From IMG/VR virus record IMGVR_UViG_3300045988_046933, positions 1-64,000 of that record: a stretch of 64,000 nucleotides of DNA, one strand, 5' to 3'. Of the stretch, positions 18,433 to 29,903 are shown in pieces; position 1 is the stretch's first letter; every line of letters starts with the position of its first letter. The notes beneath the pieces are model-generated. The model ran no database searches. It saw nothing but the letters and a program-made list of their open reading frames with translations, and was not told the DNA's origin. The DNA comes from a virus. A program made the position numbers and the translations under genes.

Positions 18433-21400
18433 ATGGCAAATTTTTGTTATATCCCACAAAAGGGAATAGATGATGTGTTAGCAATTAAATTAGGATGGAG
18501 AGGTAATGCTAGTGATAAGTTTAATCCTTTCAGAGTTGCAACTCTTAGAGGTATGTATGATGAAGTTCATCAAAACAGTCCTCTAGATACAACTAATCTT
18601 GATGAGGCTGCATTAACTCTTGCTAAATTCAGACAGGAGATTAAAATTGGACATCAAGCTGAAATTAAAAGTATTGGCAATAATTTAGCTCCAAGCTATA
18701 AGCGTTTGAAAAAGACATTTACAGCAGAAGAACGCTTTAATAGAGTCAATATGATTGCTGCTATGTTCTCTGCTGTTGTAGATGAAATCCAAAGAAATAA
18801 TCCACAGCTTAGTAGAAGAGCCATTATTGATACAAAAGTTAGGGAGTTCAATTTATTTGAGAAAGTCTACAATCAGATAATGCAGATGCAGTCTATGTTT
18901 AGAGCTAAAGGTGACATGGAGAAAGCTGCAAAGTTCAACCAAGTTCTCTCTAATTGGTCTGCCCTAACATCATTTGCTAGAATGAAGCTCAGAGACACTG
19001 AGGGAATTAAATTAGGTAATAAGATAGAGTTTGCTGATGAAACAGACGAACTTAATTATGGAGATAATGACCTATCTCAGCTATTTGACCCAAGTGAATC
19101 TGTTAGAGAAGCTTGGCAATCATCTAATGGTTTGGAATCTGCATTTGGTTCTGTAGGGCAGCAAGTAAGAAGACTTCTTAGCTCTTTACCTATTATGGAG
19201 ATAGCAGATGTAACTACTGCTGATGGTAGAGTAGTGCAAAAACCTCAACCTAAAAGAGATGACCTTGGATTTACACAGACATTAGACCCTATCAAAGTAC
19301 ATCAAGCTCTTATGGAGTTACTGAGAGGTATTACTTCAGAAGACCAAATGATGAAAGCTTTTAGAAACTCTAGAACTGGACAGGCTAAATCTGTATGGAT
19401 GATTCCAATTTTAGATGCTTTAACAAAGAATCCTCAACTTAGAACACAGTTCTTTAGAGATTTCAAGAAGAATTTCCAACCTTATTCTATTCTTATTGAG
19501 GATAAGGAAGCTTCTAGGAAAGGTCTTAGAAAGTATAAGACTAAACTCCTTAACAGAGTTGAAGATTTGTTAGGAGGTTCCTTTATGTCTGTAATTATAC
19601 TTGGAAAGCCTCTTAATGAGAAAACTTCTGTATTTGATACTAAAGGAAATATTAATGTATCTAACTTAAAGAATACTCTAAGCCAGATAAATGAATGGCT
19701 TGCTCAGCCTAAAGAAGATACTGGAAGTATCTTTGATAAGCAGAAAAAATATGGTATTGATAAAAGTAAGTTTAGAAGTAAGGATATTTCTTCTATAGAA
19801 AAAAGAGAGTTCCTTAGAACTAGTTTAGAGTCTCTTGGAGTAGAAGTAGATGCTGACACTCTAGATGAGATAATGAACCATTCTAAAGACATTAGAAAAG
19901 TTACTAACGCTCTTCAAGAATTGGCTCAATATGGTGTATCAGAGAATCAGTTGAAAAAACTTGAAGCTGGTGAAAAGATTTCATATAAGTCATTAGTTAG
20001 AGCTAAAGGTCAGAACTCTAGAAAGGAAGGTGTCTTTGAGGAGAAAATCAGAAAGATACATGAAATGATTACCAAGAATAGAGAGGGCTTGAGACTTGAG
20101 TCTAGAGTAAGACATAAGGACAGCAAGGGTAACAATATTACTCTTTTCTCTAATGTAAATCCGTCTTTTATGGGTGATAAATTTGATGAGATTCAAAGCT
20201 ATGTTAAAGCAAATGACAAAGCTGGTCTTAGGTCTTTCATTACTAATGAATATCTTGATTCTCCTTTCTTCTATTACAATGGTAAGGTATTAAATAAGTG
20301 GCTTGAAGAGTTACTTAAATGCTGTGATACTCCTACTAATGTGAGCCTAGAAGATACATTTGCTGCTCAATTTGATTATTTGAGATTCTTAGGAACCTCT
20401 GATATGAGTTTTGAGAACTTTACCAGTAAACAGCACATGATTGATATGCTTACAGAGTTCAGAAGTGACAAGGAACTTAGTAATAAAGCTGATACTGCAT
20501 TATATCCTGTATTCATTCTTGGTGATAGTGGTGTAAGTAAATATATTAGAGCTAAGAGGTATAGCAATGAGGAGATTATGAATGGTCTCTATAATGCTTA
20601 TGAACAGGAAAGAAGAAGACAAGAGTTAGTTAAAGCTACTAATGAATGGCTTGACTCTAGAAACTATAGTAAAGTAGAAAACTTCTCTAATAGTGAAGAT
20701 ACTTTTAGTATTCTTGGCTTCCTTAATAAGGACTACAAGGCATCTGATGGTACAGTAGGAAAATATTCTAGTATGCTTAGTGATAGACCCACTGAGACAG
20801 AAGTTAAGAAGGCTATATCTGCATATTTATCTGATGCTCTTAAAGATTTCAAGAAACAGTTAAATAACTTAGGTCTTCTTGAGACTGTAAAAGTAAAAGA
20901 GGTAGATAGGAATAATAAACAAGTAGAAGTTGAAAGATATACTTATCTAGGAGAAGATGTTACATCTGAAAACTTAGATGAAAAACTTGCAGAGTTCTAT
21001 AACAATGTTAAGTTTGCTACTATTAATCAGCTTCAACTTATGACTATTGATACTTCATTCTATAAAGGTACTAAAGACCTTCAGAAGAGATATAAAGAGG
21101 TTCATGCTCCAGGTTCTATTCTTGACCTTATGGCTATTGATAAGAATGGTAAGAAATTCTCTGAGGATGGTATTGAAAGATGTGTTTATTTTGATGATAT
21201 TAATGTAAATGCAGAACAGTCAAATCCTGAATTTATGGAAGCTATTGCTGCTGTTCATGGGAAAGATTCTGATGTATATAAAGCATATAAGAAGAATACT
21301 TTAACTGATGGACAGGGTTATAGAACTCTTAGGTCATATAGAAAAGTAATGGGTATGGCAGGACAATGGACTGAAGAAATGCAGAAAGTATATGAGGCTA

Positions 21401-24400
21401 TTGAACAGCTTAAAGTTGATTATAATGGAAAGTCTATTCCGTCAGAAAAACTTGCTGAAATAGCATCTATGGCAGTAGTGTTTCAGCCTATTAAACCTTA
21501 TATGTTTACTCATGAAAAACTTGCTCTTAATGGCAAGGATAAAGTTATTATTCCAGTTCAACATAAATATGCTGAGGCAGTATTAATTCCTGAACTCTTA
21601 CCTGAGGGTAGTAAGCTTAGAGATATGGCTTATTGGATGGACGACAACAATGTAGACCTGGTTGGTTCTACTAAGATTGTTAAGGTTGGTGGATTTGGTT
21701 CTACTGCTATAGATTATGAAACCAATGATGAAAATCTTTATGTAGATTCCAATGGTAATGTCATACCTGTAGCACCTGGAAAAGCTCTTACTAGAGAAAA
21801 TCAAATGAAAAATGATAACTTTTCAAAGCTTGCTGTTCCTATTAAGGGCTTAGATAAGTTACATTCAAATTTGAGTAAAGCTTATATTCATCAATTAAGC
21901 TATGGTGATTACAGAATACAGACTAATGTTCCTGAGCATATTAATAGCTCTCAGCTCTTTGGTACACAGGTTAGAAAGCTTATTATGGCAAATATTATGA
22001 TGGATGACTATCATTACATGAATTATATTGGTGGTGATGGTACTGTAAATCTTGGTGGAAATCATGGTAGGGTTAAACTCAATGGTAGAAACCTAGTATC
22101 ATTCTATAATGGATTAATAGTTGCCAACATCTTGGAATCATTTGATAGCTTTAAAGGAGGTATTTCAGATACTAATAAACTTAGTGAGAAACTAATTCAA
22201 GGTGTTATTAATAACAGCAGAGAGTCTATGGACAATGTTCTAGCTTATGCTGTTAATGATGGTAAGTTTGCTATGCCTTTGTTTGAAGGTGGTTTGGAGC
22301 ATGATGCTGCTGCTATGGCTTTTAGTATGTTCAAGAAAATTGTTAATAAGCAGCAAATCAAGGGAGGTTCTGCTGTTCAAGTTTCTGCAATGGGTATTAA
22401 AGGCTATGAAGAAGATGGAGATTTACAGTATGTAACAGATGGTAATGGAAATATTCTTTATGCAGAATGTGAGATTCCATTTGATATATCATATAAAGAT
22501 AGTGAAGGTAATGAAGTACATCTTGATTTCAATGAGTATTGTAATCCTGATGGAACTCTTAAGATGATTGAATCTGAGGGTAAAAAGATTTCATTACTTG
22601 AACATAGATTTCCTGGTTCTACAAGTTTTGTAGCATATAGAATTCCAACTGAGAGAGACTATTCAATGATTAATCTTAGAGTTAAGAGGTTTAGTCAAAA
22701 GACAGCAGGAGGCACTATTAAAGTACCAGCTCAAGGAACTACTATTGCAGGATTTGACTTCGATATTGATAAGCTCTACTTCATGATGAGAGAGTATAAA
22801 GCATTGAAGAAACAATCTACAGATGAAGCTACTGATGCACTACTTTCTGCTGTATTCTCAGATGACACTTCTCAGCTTCTAGATTTTGAAGAATATGACT
22901 TTAATAAGCCTATTATGTCTTATACTGATAAGAATGGCAACTTCATAGAAGGTAATACTAGAGCTGCTAGAAATAATATGCTTATTACTCTTATTCAACA
23001 AAGATTGATGGACCCAGAAACTATGAAGCAAAGAACTACTCCAGGTGGTTTTGCTAATGCTTCTAAGTCTGCTAGAATCATGAGAGAGTTACTATATGGT
23101 AGTACTGAGGATATTATAGATGATAATAAGAAGGTTAATTGGGAAGTTCTTAATAATAGAGCTAAGGATGAATCCAGTGACCCAGAACCTAATTATGACC
23201 CTTCTGACCCTATGACTATGATTATTTATAATCAGCAGAATCAAGTAGCAAGCAAGCTTATTGGTATATTTGCTAATCAAAATACTAATCATGCCTTTGC
23301 TAGTCTTATGAAGACTTTTAAGATTTCTAATCCTATTGAATTTGCGGGTCATAGTTATGGTGATGGTAAGTTTAGTGATTTCCTTCATGCTCCTAAAGGA
23401 GTTGATGTAGACTTGAATGTGGCTGAATTTCTGGCTGCTTCTGTGGATGCTGTAAAAGACCCTGTTCTTAACTTTATGAATCTTAATACTCTTACTGCTG
23501 ATACAGGTGCAGTTCTTGCTAGAATTGGTTATACTACTACTGAAATTGGTATGCTGTTTAATCAGCCTATTATCAAAGAGGTATGTGAGTATAGCTTTAA
23601 TAATAGTGTAGGAATTGATACTGCTATTAGAGAGATAAGAGAGAAATATAAGAATCAAGGTGCATCTGTTAGAAGTAGAAAGGACCCTTTAAATCCTGAG
23701 CATTTCTCTATGGATAAACTTGCTAAGAATATTTTGTATGATAGAGTTCTTAAAGAGAAAGGTAGTAATGCTATGGATAGCAATACATTTGCTACTGACC
23801 AACTTGAAGTTCTTGATTTATTCAATGATATTTCAGCAGTCGCTAGTGATGTATCTAAGTTTGTGACATCAACAAAGTTTACTGCATCTAATGCAGTTGG
23901 CTCTACATTTGGTGACCTTTATGCTCAGCAGCTTAAAGTTCAAAGGTATCTTAATGAAGTTGGTACTGAAGCAAGTCATGTTGAGATGGAAGTAACAGAC
24001 AATCTTAATTCTCCTATTATGGGTGATAAAAGTCTTATTACTATGAGTAATTCAGATTACCTTGATACTATGATGGGTAATCCATTTGCTTATGAGCAGG
24101 CTATGTTTGATGCTAATAGAAAGTCATTAGAGATTTTAAGTAAATATTTCCCTTATAATAAGAGGGCTTATGTTAATGCCAGAAATACTCTAAATGAACT
24201 TGTCAATTATGGAAGTCTTGATGCTGATACCATAAATAGTATTCATAGTGATATGATGGTCTATTTGCTAAGTAATCAAGAAAGAAGTGAATTTAATGGT
24301 TCTCTTCCTAAGCAAACTCAGCATGGTTTAATGACTACAAGAGAGTATTATACTAAATGGTTTGCAAAAGATTTGCTTAATCATTTAGAGACTAATCCTC

Positions 24401-25467
24401 AAATGAAGTCTATGCCTATATTTGCTTATATGCTTCCTGAAGTTAAAGAAGTTAAGAATCCTGCTACTGGTGAAAGTACTGATGAAATTAGTATTAATAT
24501 CCAAGGTATTGGAGGATTAGCTCCTTATATGAAGGATGAAATTAGAGAAAGCTGGGCAGACTTAGCAAGAAATCCTGAGACTTCACAGATTGCCACTGAC
24601 TTGTTCTTATATAACTTCTATAAGTTAGGTTTTAATTTTAGCCCTAAAGCTTTTATGAATCTTGCTCCTACTGAAGTTAAAGAGATGATTAAAGTACCAA
24701 CTACTGAGGGTGATAGAAGTTATGTAGACTTTATGAATGAAATAATGGAAGATAAGTTTAACATCAATGCTGAAACATTTGCTAGACAGTATATGCTTAA
24801 TCACTTGGATAATAAGAGATTTGGCTTAGATGCTAGGAGTAAAACTGTTCTAAATATTCTCAAGCCACTTGCTATTCAGGCTGGTATTGCTAGAAATGAA
24901 TTTACTTTAGATTTATCAAAAATTGATAAAGAAAATGGTAAGTACTTCATTTTGAAAGAGAATAAAATGGCTAAGTCAAGACAATTTGTTCCTATGATTA
25001 AAATTAATACTGGTCAAGGTCAAATTGTTTACATGGCAGATAGTTTTGGTGAAACAAAAACTTCTGTAATGACATATCATAAGGTAGATAAACTTGGTAC
25101 TAAGGGTCAATCTCTACAGTATTTTGGTGATAATATTTCTTCAGATATAGTAGAGGATACAGAAGTATCTGAAACTTTTGAAGAAGGTTCAACATCAGAA
25201 AGTTCTGAAGAGAGAGAGCCTACTGTAGAGGGTTTTGATAGAGAAGCTGTCATAAATGAAATAGCAGAAGAAATGAGCAAAGCCTATGAGAAAGCAGGTA
25301 TTAGGGATAGCCAAGGAGAACTTTATACAGCAAATGCTCTTAAGGCTGCTTTAAGTAATACTGAAGAGGCTGATTTAAAAGCTTCTGTAGAAGAGCTTAG
25401 ACAAGCTTGTAGAGTAGATGGTGTTGTGGTTCTTGATGAAAATGGTAATCCAATGAAAGCATGTTAG
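18433..25467 (+). CDS. crAss-type virion-packaged RNA polymerase (two-barrel, DxDxD class), giant multidomain protein
   Basis: 2344-aa ORF. GTTIAGFDFDIDKLYFMM places DFDID at nt 22756-22770 (residues 1442-1446). This is the metal-binding motif known from the phi14:2 gp66-type virion RNAP. The size and genomic context fit. Confidence 0.75.
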   Translation: MANFCYIPQKGIDDVLAIKLGWRGNASDKFNPFRVATLRGMYDEVHQNSPLDTTNLDEAALTLAKFRQEIKIGHQAEIKSIGNNLAPSYKRLKKTFTAEERFNRVNMIAAMFSAVVDEIQRNNPQLSRRAIIDTKVREFNLFEKVYNQIMQMQSMFRAKGDMEKAAKFNQVLSNWSALTSFARMKLRDTEGIKLGNKIEFADETDELNYGDNDLSQLFDPSESVREAWQSSNGLESAFGSVGQQVRRLLSSLPIMEIADVTTADGRVVQKPQPKRDDLGFTQTLDPIKVHQALMELLRGITSEDQMMKAFRNSRTGQAKSVWMIPILDALTKNPQLRTQFFRDFKKNFQPYSILIEDKEASRKGLRKYKTKLLNRVEDLLGGSFMSVIILGKPLNEKTSVFDTKGNINVSNLKNTLSQINEWLAQPKEDTGSIFDKQKKYGIDKSKFRSKDISSIEKREFLRTSLESLGVEVDADTLDEIMNHSKDIRKVTNALQELAQYGVSENQLKKLEAGEKISYKSLVRAKGQNSRKEGVFEEKIRKIHEMITKNREGLRLESRVRHKDSKGNNITLFSNVNPSFMGDKFDEIQSYVKANDKAGLRSFITNEYLDSPFFYYNGKVLNKWLEELLKCCDTPTNVSLEDTFAAQFDYLRFLGTSDMSFENFTSKQHMIDMLTEFRSDKELSNKADTALYPVFILGDSGVSKYIRAKRYSNEEIMNGLYNAYEQERRRQELVKATNEWLDSRNYSKVENFSNSEDTFSILGFLNKDYKASDGTVGKYSSMLSDRPTETEVKKAISAYLSDALKDFKKQLNNLGLLETVKVKEVDRNNKQVEVERYTYLGEDVTSENLDEKLAEFYNNVKFATINQLQLMTIDTSFYKGTKDLQKRYKEVHAPGSILDLMAIDKNGKKFSEDGIERCVYFDDINVNAEQSNPEFMEAIAAVHGKDSDVYKAYKKNTLTDGQGYRTLRSYRKVMGMAGQWTEEMQKVYEAIEQLKVDYNGKSIPSEKLAEIASMAVVFQPIKPYMFTHEKLALNGKDKVIIPVQHKYAEAVLIPELLPEGSKLRDMAYWMDDNNVDLVGSTKIVKVGGFGSTAIDYETNDENLYVDSNGNVIPVAPGKALTRENQMKNDNFSKLAVPIKGLDKLHSNLSKAYIHQLSYGDYRIQTNVPEHINSSQLFGTQVRKLIMANIMMDDYHYMNYIGGDGTVNLGGNHGRVKLNGRNLVSFYNGLIVANILESFDSFKGGISDTNKLSEKLIQGVINNSRESMDNVLAYAVNDGKFAMPLFEGGLEHDAAAMAFSMFKKIVNKQQIKGGSAVQVSAMGIKGYEEDGDLQYVTDGNGNILYAECEIPFDISYKDSEGNEVHLDFNEYCNPDGTLKMIESEGKKISLLEHRFPGSTSFVAYRIPTERDYSMINLRVKRFSQKTAGGTIKVPAQGTTIAGFDFDIDKLYFMMREYKALKKQSTDEATDALLSAVFSDDTSQLLDFEEYDFNKPIMSYTDKNGNFIEGNTRAARNNMLITLIQQRLMDPETMKQRTTPGGFANASKSARIMRELLYGSTEDIIDDNKKVNWEVLNNRAKDESSDPEPNYDPSDPMTMIIYNQQNQVASKLIGIFANQNTNHAFASLMKTFKISNPIEFAGHSYGDGKFSDFLHAPKGVDVDLNVAEFLAASVDAVKDPVLNFMNLNTLTADTGAVLARIGYTTTEIGMLFNQPIIKEVCEYSFNNSVGIDTAIREIREKYKNQGASVRSRKDPLNPEHFSMDKLAKNILYDRVLKEKGSNAMDSNTFATDQLEVLDLFNDISAVASDVSKFVTSTKFTASNAVGSTFGDLYAQQLKVQRYLNEVGTEASHVEMEVTDNLNSPIMGDKSLITMSNSDYLDTMMGNPFAYEQAMFDANRKSLEILSKYFPYNKRAYVNARNTLNELVNYGSLDADTINSIHSDMMVYLLSNQERSEFNGSLPKQTQHGLMTTREYYTKWFAKDLLNHLETNPQMKSMPIFAYMLPEVKEVKNPATGESTDEISINIQGIGGLAPYMKDEIRESWADLARNPETSQIATDLFLYNFYKLGFNFSPKAFMNLAPTEVKEMIKVPTTEGDRSYVDFMNEIMEDKFNINAETFARQYMLNHLDNKRFGLDARSKTVLNILKPLAIQAGIARNEFTLDLSKIDKENGKYFILKENKMAKSRQFVPMIKINTGQGQIVYMADSFGETKTSVMTYHKVDKLGTKGQSLQYFGDNISSDIVEDTEVSETFEEGSTSESSEEREPTVEGFDREAVINEIAEEMSKAYEKAGIRDSQGELYTANALKAALSNTEEADLKASVEELRQACRVDGVVVLDENGNPMKAC

Positions 25468-25477
25468 TTTATAAGAT

Positions 25478-28400
25478 ATGAGTAATAGTTGTTCAATTAT
25501 TGGTCATGTCAAAAACTCTAAAGGTGAAGTGGTTGAAAGCAGGTTATGGAATGACCTGCTTCACCACCTCTCTGATAGAGGTTTGACAAAGGAGTTTTAC
25601 AGAGTTGGCACTGATAAAAACTTCCTAGACAAAGTTAGAGATAAAGCCAAATTTGATGAAAATGGTGAGATAACATTTAACTCACTAAGAAAACTTGCCA
25701 AGATAGATGTTAAGCAAGAAAAGCTACTATCAACTCTAAATAAAGATATTGGTAGTGGATTAATGGAGTATAATGATGCCTTAGGAAAACTTACAAGTTT
25801 TAATAGAGATAGCCAATTTAATGATGAATATATGGCTACTATTAAGAAGGTAGGTAATCAGTATGAACTATCAGTAGTTCCTAAAACTAATGCTAATCAA
25901 GCTGCTCTTGAGCAAGAAATTGCAAATAGGACTCTTAGAGACCGTCTAATGTATCATCTGAATAAAGCAGGAGTTTCTGTTGAGTTCTTTAATAATGATG
26001 ATAAGGTAGATGGAAGATATAGTACTGTAAATGCAAAGAAAGCTGCTGATGGAATGTATAATCTTATTAGGGTTGCTCATGGAGAGCACATTACTCCTGT
26101 ATTAGCAGAAGAGGCAGGTCACTTTGCAGTAGCATCTCTAGGCAATAGTCCATTAGTAGAAAGACTTACTAATCTTCTCACTCCAGATGTACAAGAAAAG
26201 ATATTTGGAGAAGAGTATAGTAGTAAAGTTATGGGTGCAAATAGTAAAAGAGAAACTGCTGGGCATCTTGTTGGTCAAGCTATAATGGATGAAGTGGATA
26301 AGACTACTCCTTGGGGAAGACTTGCTGATAGAGTTGTTAGTCTTGCAAAAAAGGTATTCTATTCATTCAAAGGTAATGATATTGCTAAAGCAACTATAGA
26401 AGCAGAGGATATTGCTAGGAGGATTGCAAGAGATTTTATGTCTGACAATCCACAAGGCAACATTGATAATGCTCTTGAAATAAGAGAAACCCTGTATAGT
26501 GCTAATAGTTCCCTTAATACAAAGGTATTTAGAACTGTTGTTAATAATTTAGCTTTAACAGCTGCTAAGCTTAAAGCCATAAGTAATGATGCTCTTACAG
26601 CCAAAGTAAGTGCCATATTAGGTGTAGCAGAGTCAGGAAGATTAACTACAATTAATGCTGCTTCTAATACTACTTTATCTGATAATATGGCACTTGATGG
26701 AATAGCAGAAGCTCTATCAATGGTAAGTGATATGATAGGACAAGGCAAGGAAATTAATAATCTATTGGATTCTGTTGATTTTCTTAACACTGCTGATTTC
26801 TATAATAATATGTCAGATAATGGTAGAAAACTTAGACAAGTTCATACTTTTGTAAGTGCAAGTCTTAATCTACAAAGATTAGTCACTGAAGCTATAAAGG
26901 TATTGCCAGGTAAAGAATCACTAACAGGAGATGTTGGTAATATACAAGTTACAGACTCTGTTGGTAATATTCAAACAATAGATTTGACTAAGGTAGTAAG
27001 AGAACTTAGTGATGCTAATGAATATTTGGTATCAGAGTTAATGACAAAGGAAAAGCAATTTTTTCTTAAATTCTGTGAAAGTACTTTAGGCTCTAAATAT
27101 GTATATAGAGCATCTAAAGTTATATGGAATATGAAATATCAAAAAAAGAATTCTGAAGGAAAAACAAGAAGAATATTTTTACAGAAAGGTGGAAGAGTAG
27201 ACTTAAGCTCTGTACTAGAAAGTATGGAGAGTGACATTAATATGTTTGAAAGATTTTTAGGTTCTATGTCTAATAATCCTGATATTATAGGTCAAATTGC
27301 AGATAAAGCTACTAAGATGGCTAATAGGCAAGCTGATAACCTGACTAATCTTGCTTGGGATGAACTTAGAGTTCTAGAAAAGAGATTTAATGCTATTGAA
27401 GGAGTAAAGCAGTCAGACCTTTTTGAAAGATTTGATGATGGAACTCTTACTGGAAATATAATTTCAGAGTATCATTGGGGGGAATACGAGAGAGATTGGA
27501 AAGAATTTAAAGATGCTGAATTTGAAAATTTCAAGAAAAGTATTCCTAATATAGATGACCTTACAGAGTTTGAGAAAGCTCTAAGATGGGACACATATTT
27601 TAGACCTCTAGCTAAGGATTGGCATAAAGCAAATAGTGTGTGGAGTAATGTTGATGGAAAATACATTCCTAATGACCAATATAAAAATTATGATTTTGAT
27701 AGGTTAATGCAGTCTCATCAAGGGCTTAAAAGCTGGTATAATGACTTTATGACTCTGAAATCTGATTTAGATGCTAGATTACCTGAAGGTAGTACATTGG
27801 CAGTAAGAATGCCTCAATTCAAAGGTACTTTTACTAATATTGTCAGAAATCAGAATAGTGGAATTAGTAAGGCAATAGGTAGTGCTCTAAGAAGTAAACT
27901 AAGAGATACATTCTGTGAAAGCAGTGAAGATACTGATTTTGGTAGTGACCAAACATATAATTCTGAGGAGGAGGAAAGATTTGCTAATACTCTAGCCCAT
28001 GAGAAGGAAAAGATACATAGGCTTCCTATTTATGGTGTGAATAAACTGCAAAATATGAATGAACTTTCTACAGATATATTTCATTCTACCCTAGCTTATG
28101 CTGGCATGGCTAATACCTATTTAGCAATGAATCAAGTTGTAGATACTCTTGAAGTTGGTAGGGAAGTTTTGTCTGAAAGAAAAGTAGGAGGTGACAAGTC
28201 TGAAAAAGAAAGAACCAAGGAAGAAGGTACTTCTAAAGCATATAATAGATACTTGAAATTTCTAGATAAACAAGTCTATGGTGTCAGTTCTAGTAAAACT
28301 AAGATATTTAAGGGTATAATAGTTGAGAAAGTTATTTCTGCTTTATCTAACTTTGCTTCTAAATATTTCTTGGGTGGTAATGTTGTAGGTGGTACTGTTA

Positions 28401-29890
28401 ATACTATGACTGGTTTTAATGAGATATTCAAGGAAGCAATAGCAGCTGAATATTTCAATCTGAAAGAGTTTGGTATGGCAAATAAACTATATTTTAGCAG
28501 CTTTGGAAAGAATTGGTGGAACTATGGTAAAGAGTTTAAAGAAGATAAAGTAAACCTTTTCATAAGGCATTTTAATGTATTAGGAGAGAGCAGAACTAAA
28601 CAAAGAGATTGGCATACTGTTAATGCTAAGTCTAGGAGGCTCTATAATATGTTTAATGAAAGCATATTCTTACCATATAAGTCAGGAGACCATTATATGC
28701 AATCTATATCATACTTGGCAAGTGCATATAAAACTAAAGTATATGATGCAAGTGGTAAGAGAATATCCTTATGGGAAGCTTATCAAGTTGTAGATAATAA
28801 GGATACTCAAGGTAATAAAGGTGGTAAAACATTAGCTCTTAATGGCACTTTCTATAAGAATAAAGAAGGAGCAAAAGAATATAAGTTAATTACATCTATA
28901 TTATCTCAATTGCAACAAAATTCAGCAAGTGCTGGACCATTTGGAGCAATAATACATCTTACTCAAGAACAACAGGATTATCTCAATAGAAAAGGCTATA
29001 ATATAGCAAATACTGAAAATACTATACATTCATTGGAAGATGATGCTTATAACTTAACATGGAATATTGATGATGAATCAGCTTTTATGGATAAGTGTAG
29101 AGAAATTAACAATAGAATGCATGGTATCTATAATAATCAAGATAAGGTTGCTTTTCAACAGAATTGGTTTGGTAATGCTGTCTTAGCTATGAGAGGTTAT
29201 GCTCTTGGTATGATTGAAAGAAGGTATGCACCTGGTCATTATAGTGTTGCCTTAGGACATGATGTAGAAGGCTCTCTTAATACTCTTGGTAAAGTTATTT
29301 GGAATGGTTTTACTGATAAAGGTGGTTTTATGATGACCATGAGAGCAATATGTCTACCTATGACAAAAAGAGCTAAACTTGATATGTATAGAGCAGGATT
29401 TTCTGAGAACCAAGTTGCTAATATGAGAAGAAACTTTGGTGATGCTTTATTAATCAGTCTACTAGTATTACTGAAAGCTCTAACAGCTAAGGGAGATGGT
29501 GATGATGACGATGATGATGAAGATAATCAGGTTGCAGGTATTCTCTATTACTTTGCAAACAGATTAAATAGGGAGCAACAAGCATATAATACTCCTATGG
29601 GATTATGGACTGAATCAACTACTATTACTGATTTAACTCCTGTTGGTATGTCAGCACTTGTTGATATAACTAAAATGGGTATACAGTTTGGAGGTCTTCC
29701 ATTTGCTGATGAAGACGACTCTTATTTCTATTACCAATCTTCTAAAGAAGATAGATATGATGAAGGAGATGCAAAGGCTTATGTTCATTTCTGGAGAATG
29801 TTTCCATATCTTAGAAGTGTATATACATTACAACAACCTTATGAAGCAGCCAAATCATTTGATTATGGTCAGAACATGAGAGCAAGATAA
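25478..29890 (+). CDS. giant virion/ejected protein (1470 aa), function unknown
   Basis: It is coupled 10 nt behind the RNAP gene. It contains hydrophobic LLISLLVLLKALTA followed by GDGDDDDDDEDN. No catalytic motif was accepted. Confidence 0.6.
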   Translation: MSNSCSIIGHVKNSKGEVVESRLWNDLLHHLSDRGLTKEFYRVGTDKNFLDKVRDKAKFDENGEITFNSLRKLAKIDVKQEKLLSTLNKDIGSGLMEYNDALGKLTSFNRDSQFNDEYMATIKKVGNQYELSVVPKTNANQAALEQEIANRTLRDRLMYHLNKAGVSVEFFNNDDKVDGRYSTVNAKKAADGMYNLIRVAHGEHITPVLAEEAGHFAVASLGNSPLVERLTNLLTPDVQEKIFGEEYSSKVMGANSKRETAGHLVGQAIMDEVDKTTPWGRLADRVVSLAKKVFYSFKGNDIAKATIEAEDIARRIARDFMSDNPQGNIDNALEIRETLYSANSSLNTKVFRTVVNNLALTAAKLKAISNDALTAKVSAILGVAESGRLTTINAASNTTLSDNMALDGIAEALSMVSDMIGQGKEINNLLDSVDFLNTADFYNNMSDNGRKLRQVHTFVSASLNLQRLVTEAIKVLPGKESLTGDVGNIQVTDSVGNIQTIDLTKVVRELSDANEYLVSELMTKEKQFFLKFCESTLGSKYVYRASKVIWNMKYQKKNSEGKTRRIFLQKGGRVDLSSVLESMESDINMFERFLGSMSNNPDIIGQIADKATKMANRQADNLTNLAWDELRVLEKRFNAIEGVKQSDLFERFDDGTLTGNIISEYHWGEYERDWKEFKDAEFENFKKSIPNIDDLTEFEKALRWDTYFRPLAKDWHKANSVWSNVDGKYIPNDQYKNYDFDRLMQSHQGLKSWYNDFMTLKSDLDARLPEGSTLAVRMPQFKGTFTNIVRNQNSGISKAIGSALRSKLRDTFCESSEDTDFGSDQTYNSEEEERFANTLAHEKEKIHRLPIYGVNKLQNMNELSTDIFHSTLAYAGMANTYLAMNQVVDTLEVGREVLSERKVGGDKSEKERTKEEGTSKAYNRYLKFLDKQVYGVSSSKTKIFKGIIVEKVISALSNFASKYFLGGNVVGGTVNTMTGFNEIFKEAIAAEYFNLKEFGMANKLYFSSFGKNWWNYGKEFKEDKVNLFIRHFNVLGESRTKQRDWHTVNAKSRRLYNMFNESIFLPYKSGDHYMQSISYLASAYKTKVYDASGKRISLWEAYQVVDNKDTQGNKGGKTLALNGTFYKNKEGAKEYKLITSILSQLQQNSASAGPFGAIIHLTQEQQDYLNRKGYNIANTENTIHSLEDDAYNLTWNIDDESAFMDKCREINNRMHGIYNNQDKVAFQQNWFGNAVLAMRGYALGMIERRYAPGHYSVALGHDVEGSLNTLGKVIWNGFTDKGGFMMTMRAICLPMTKRAKLDMYRAGFSENQVANMRRNFGDALLISLLVLLKALTAKGDGDDDDDDEDNQVAGILYYFANRLNREQQAYNTPMGLWTESTTITDLTPVGMSALVDITKMGIQFGGLPFADEDDSYFYYQSSKEDRYDEGDAKAYVHFWRMFPYLRSVYTLQQPYEAAKSFDYGQNMRAR

Positions 29891-29903
29891 TAACTATAAA
29901 GAT

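Noticed and set aside
23092-23658. 188-aa minus-strand ORF inside the RNAP gene. Similar antisense ORFs in the track include 502..864, 1504..1716, 19704..19892, 26359..26790, 36766..37068, 37348..37704, 51830..52348 and 55237..55758.
   Set aside because: All lie entirely inside much longer opposite-strand ORFs that have recognisable domains or clear operon context. Their translations are low-complexity (Ile/Leu/Ser/Phe-rich), as expected for shadows of AT-rich coding DNA. None has its own promoter or terminator context.
26080-26130. LAEEAGHFAV in the 1470-aa protein as a possible metalloprotease motif
   Set aside because: It is ExxxH / EEAGH, not HExxH or HxxEH. No second His or third ligand pattern lies nearby. 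This is insufficient for a zincin call.
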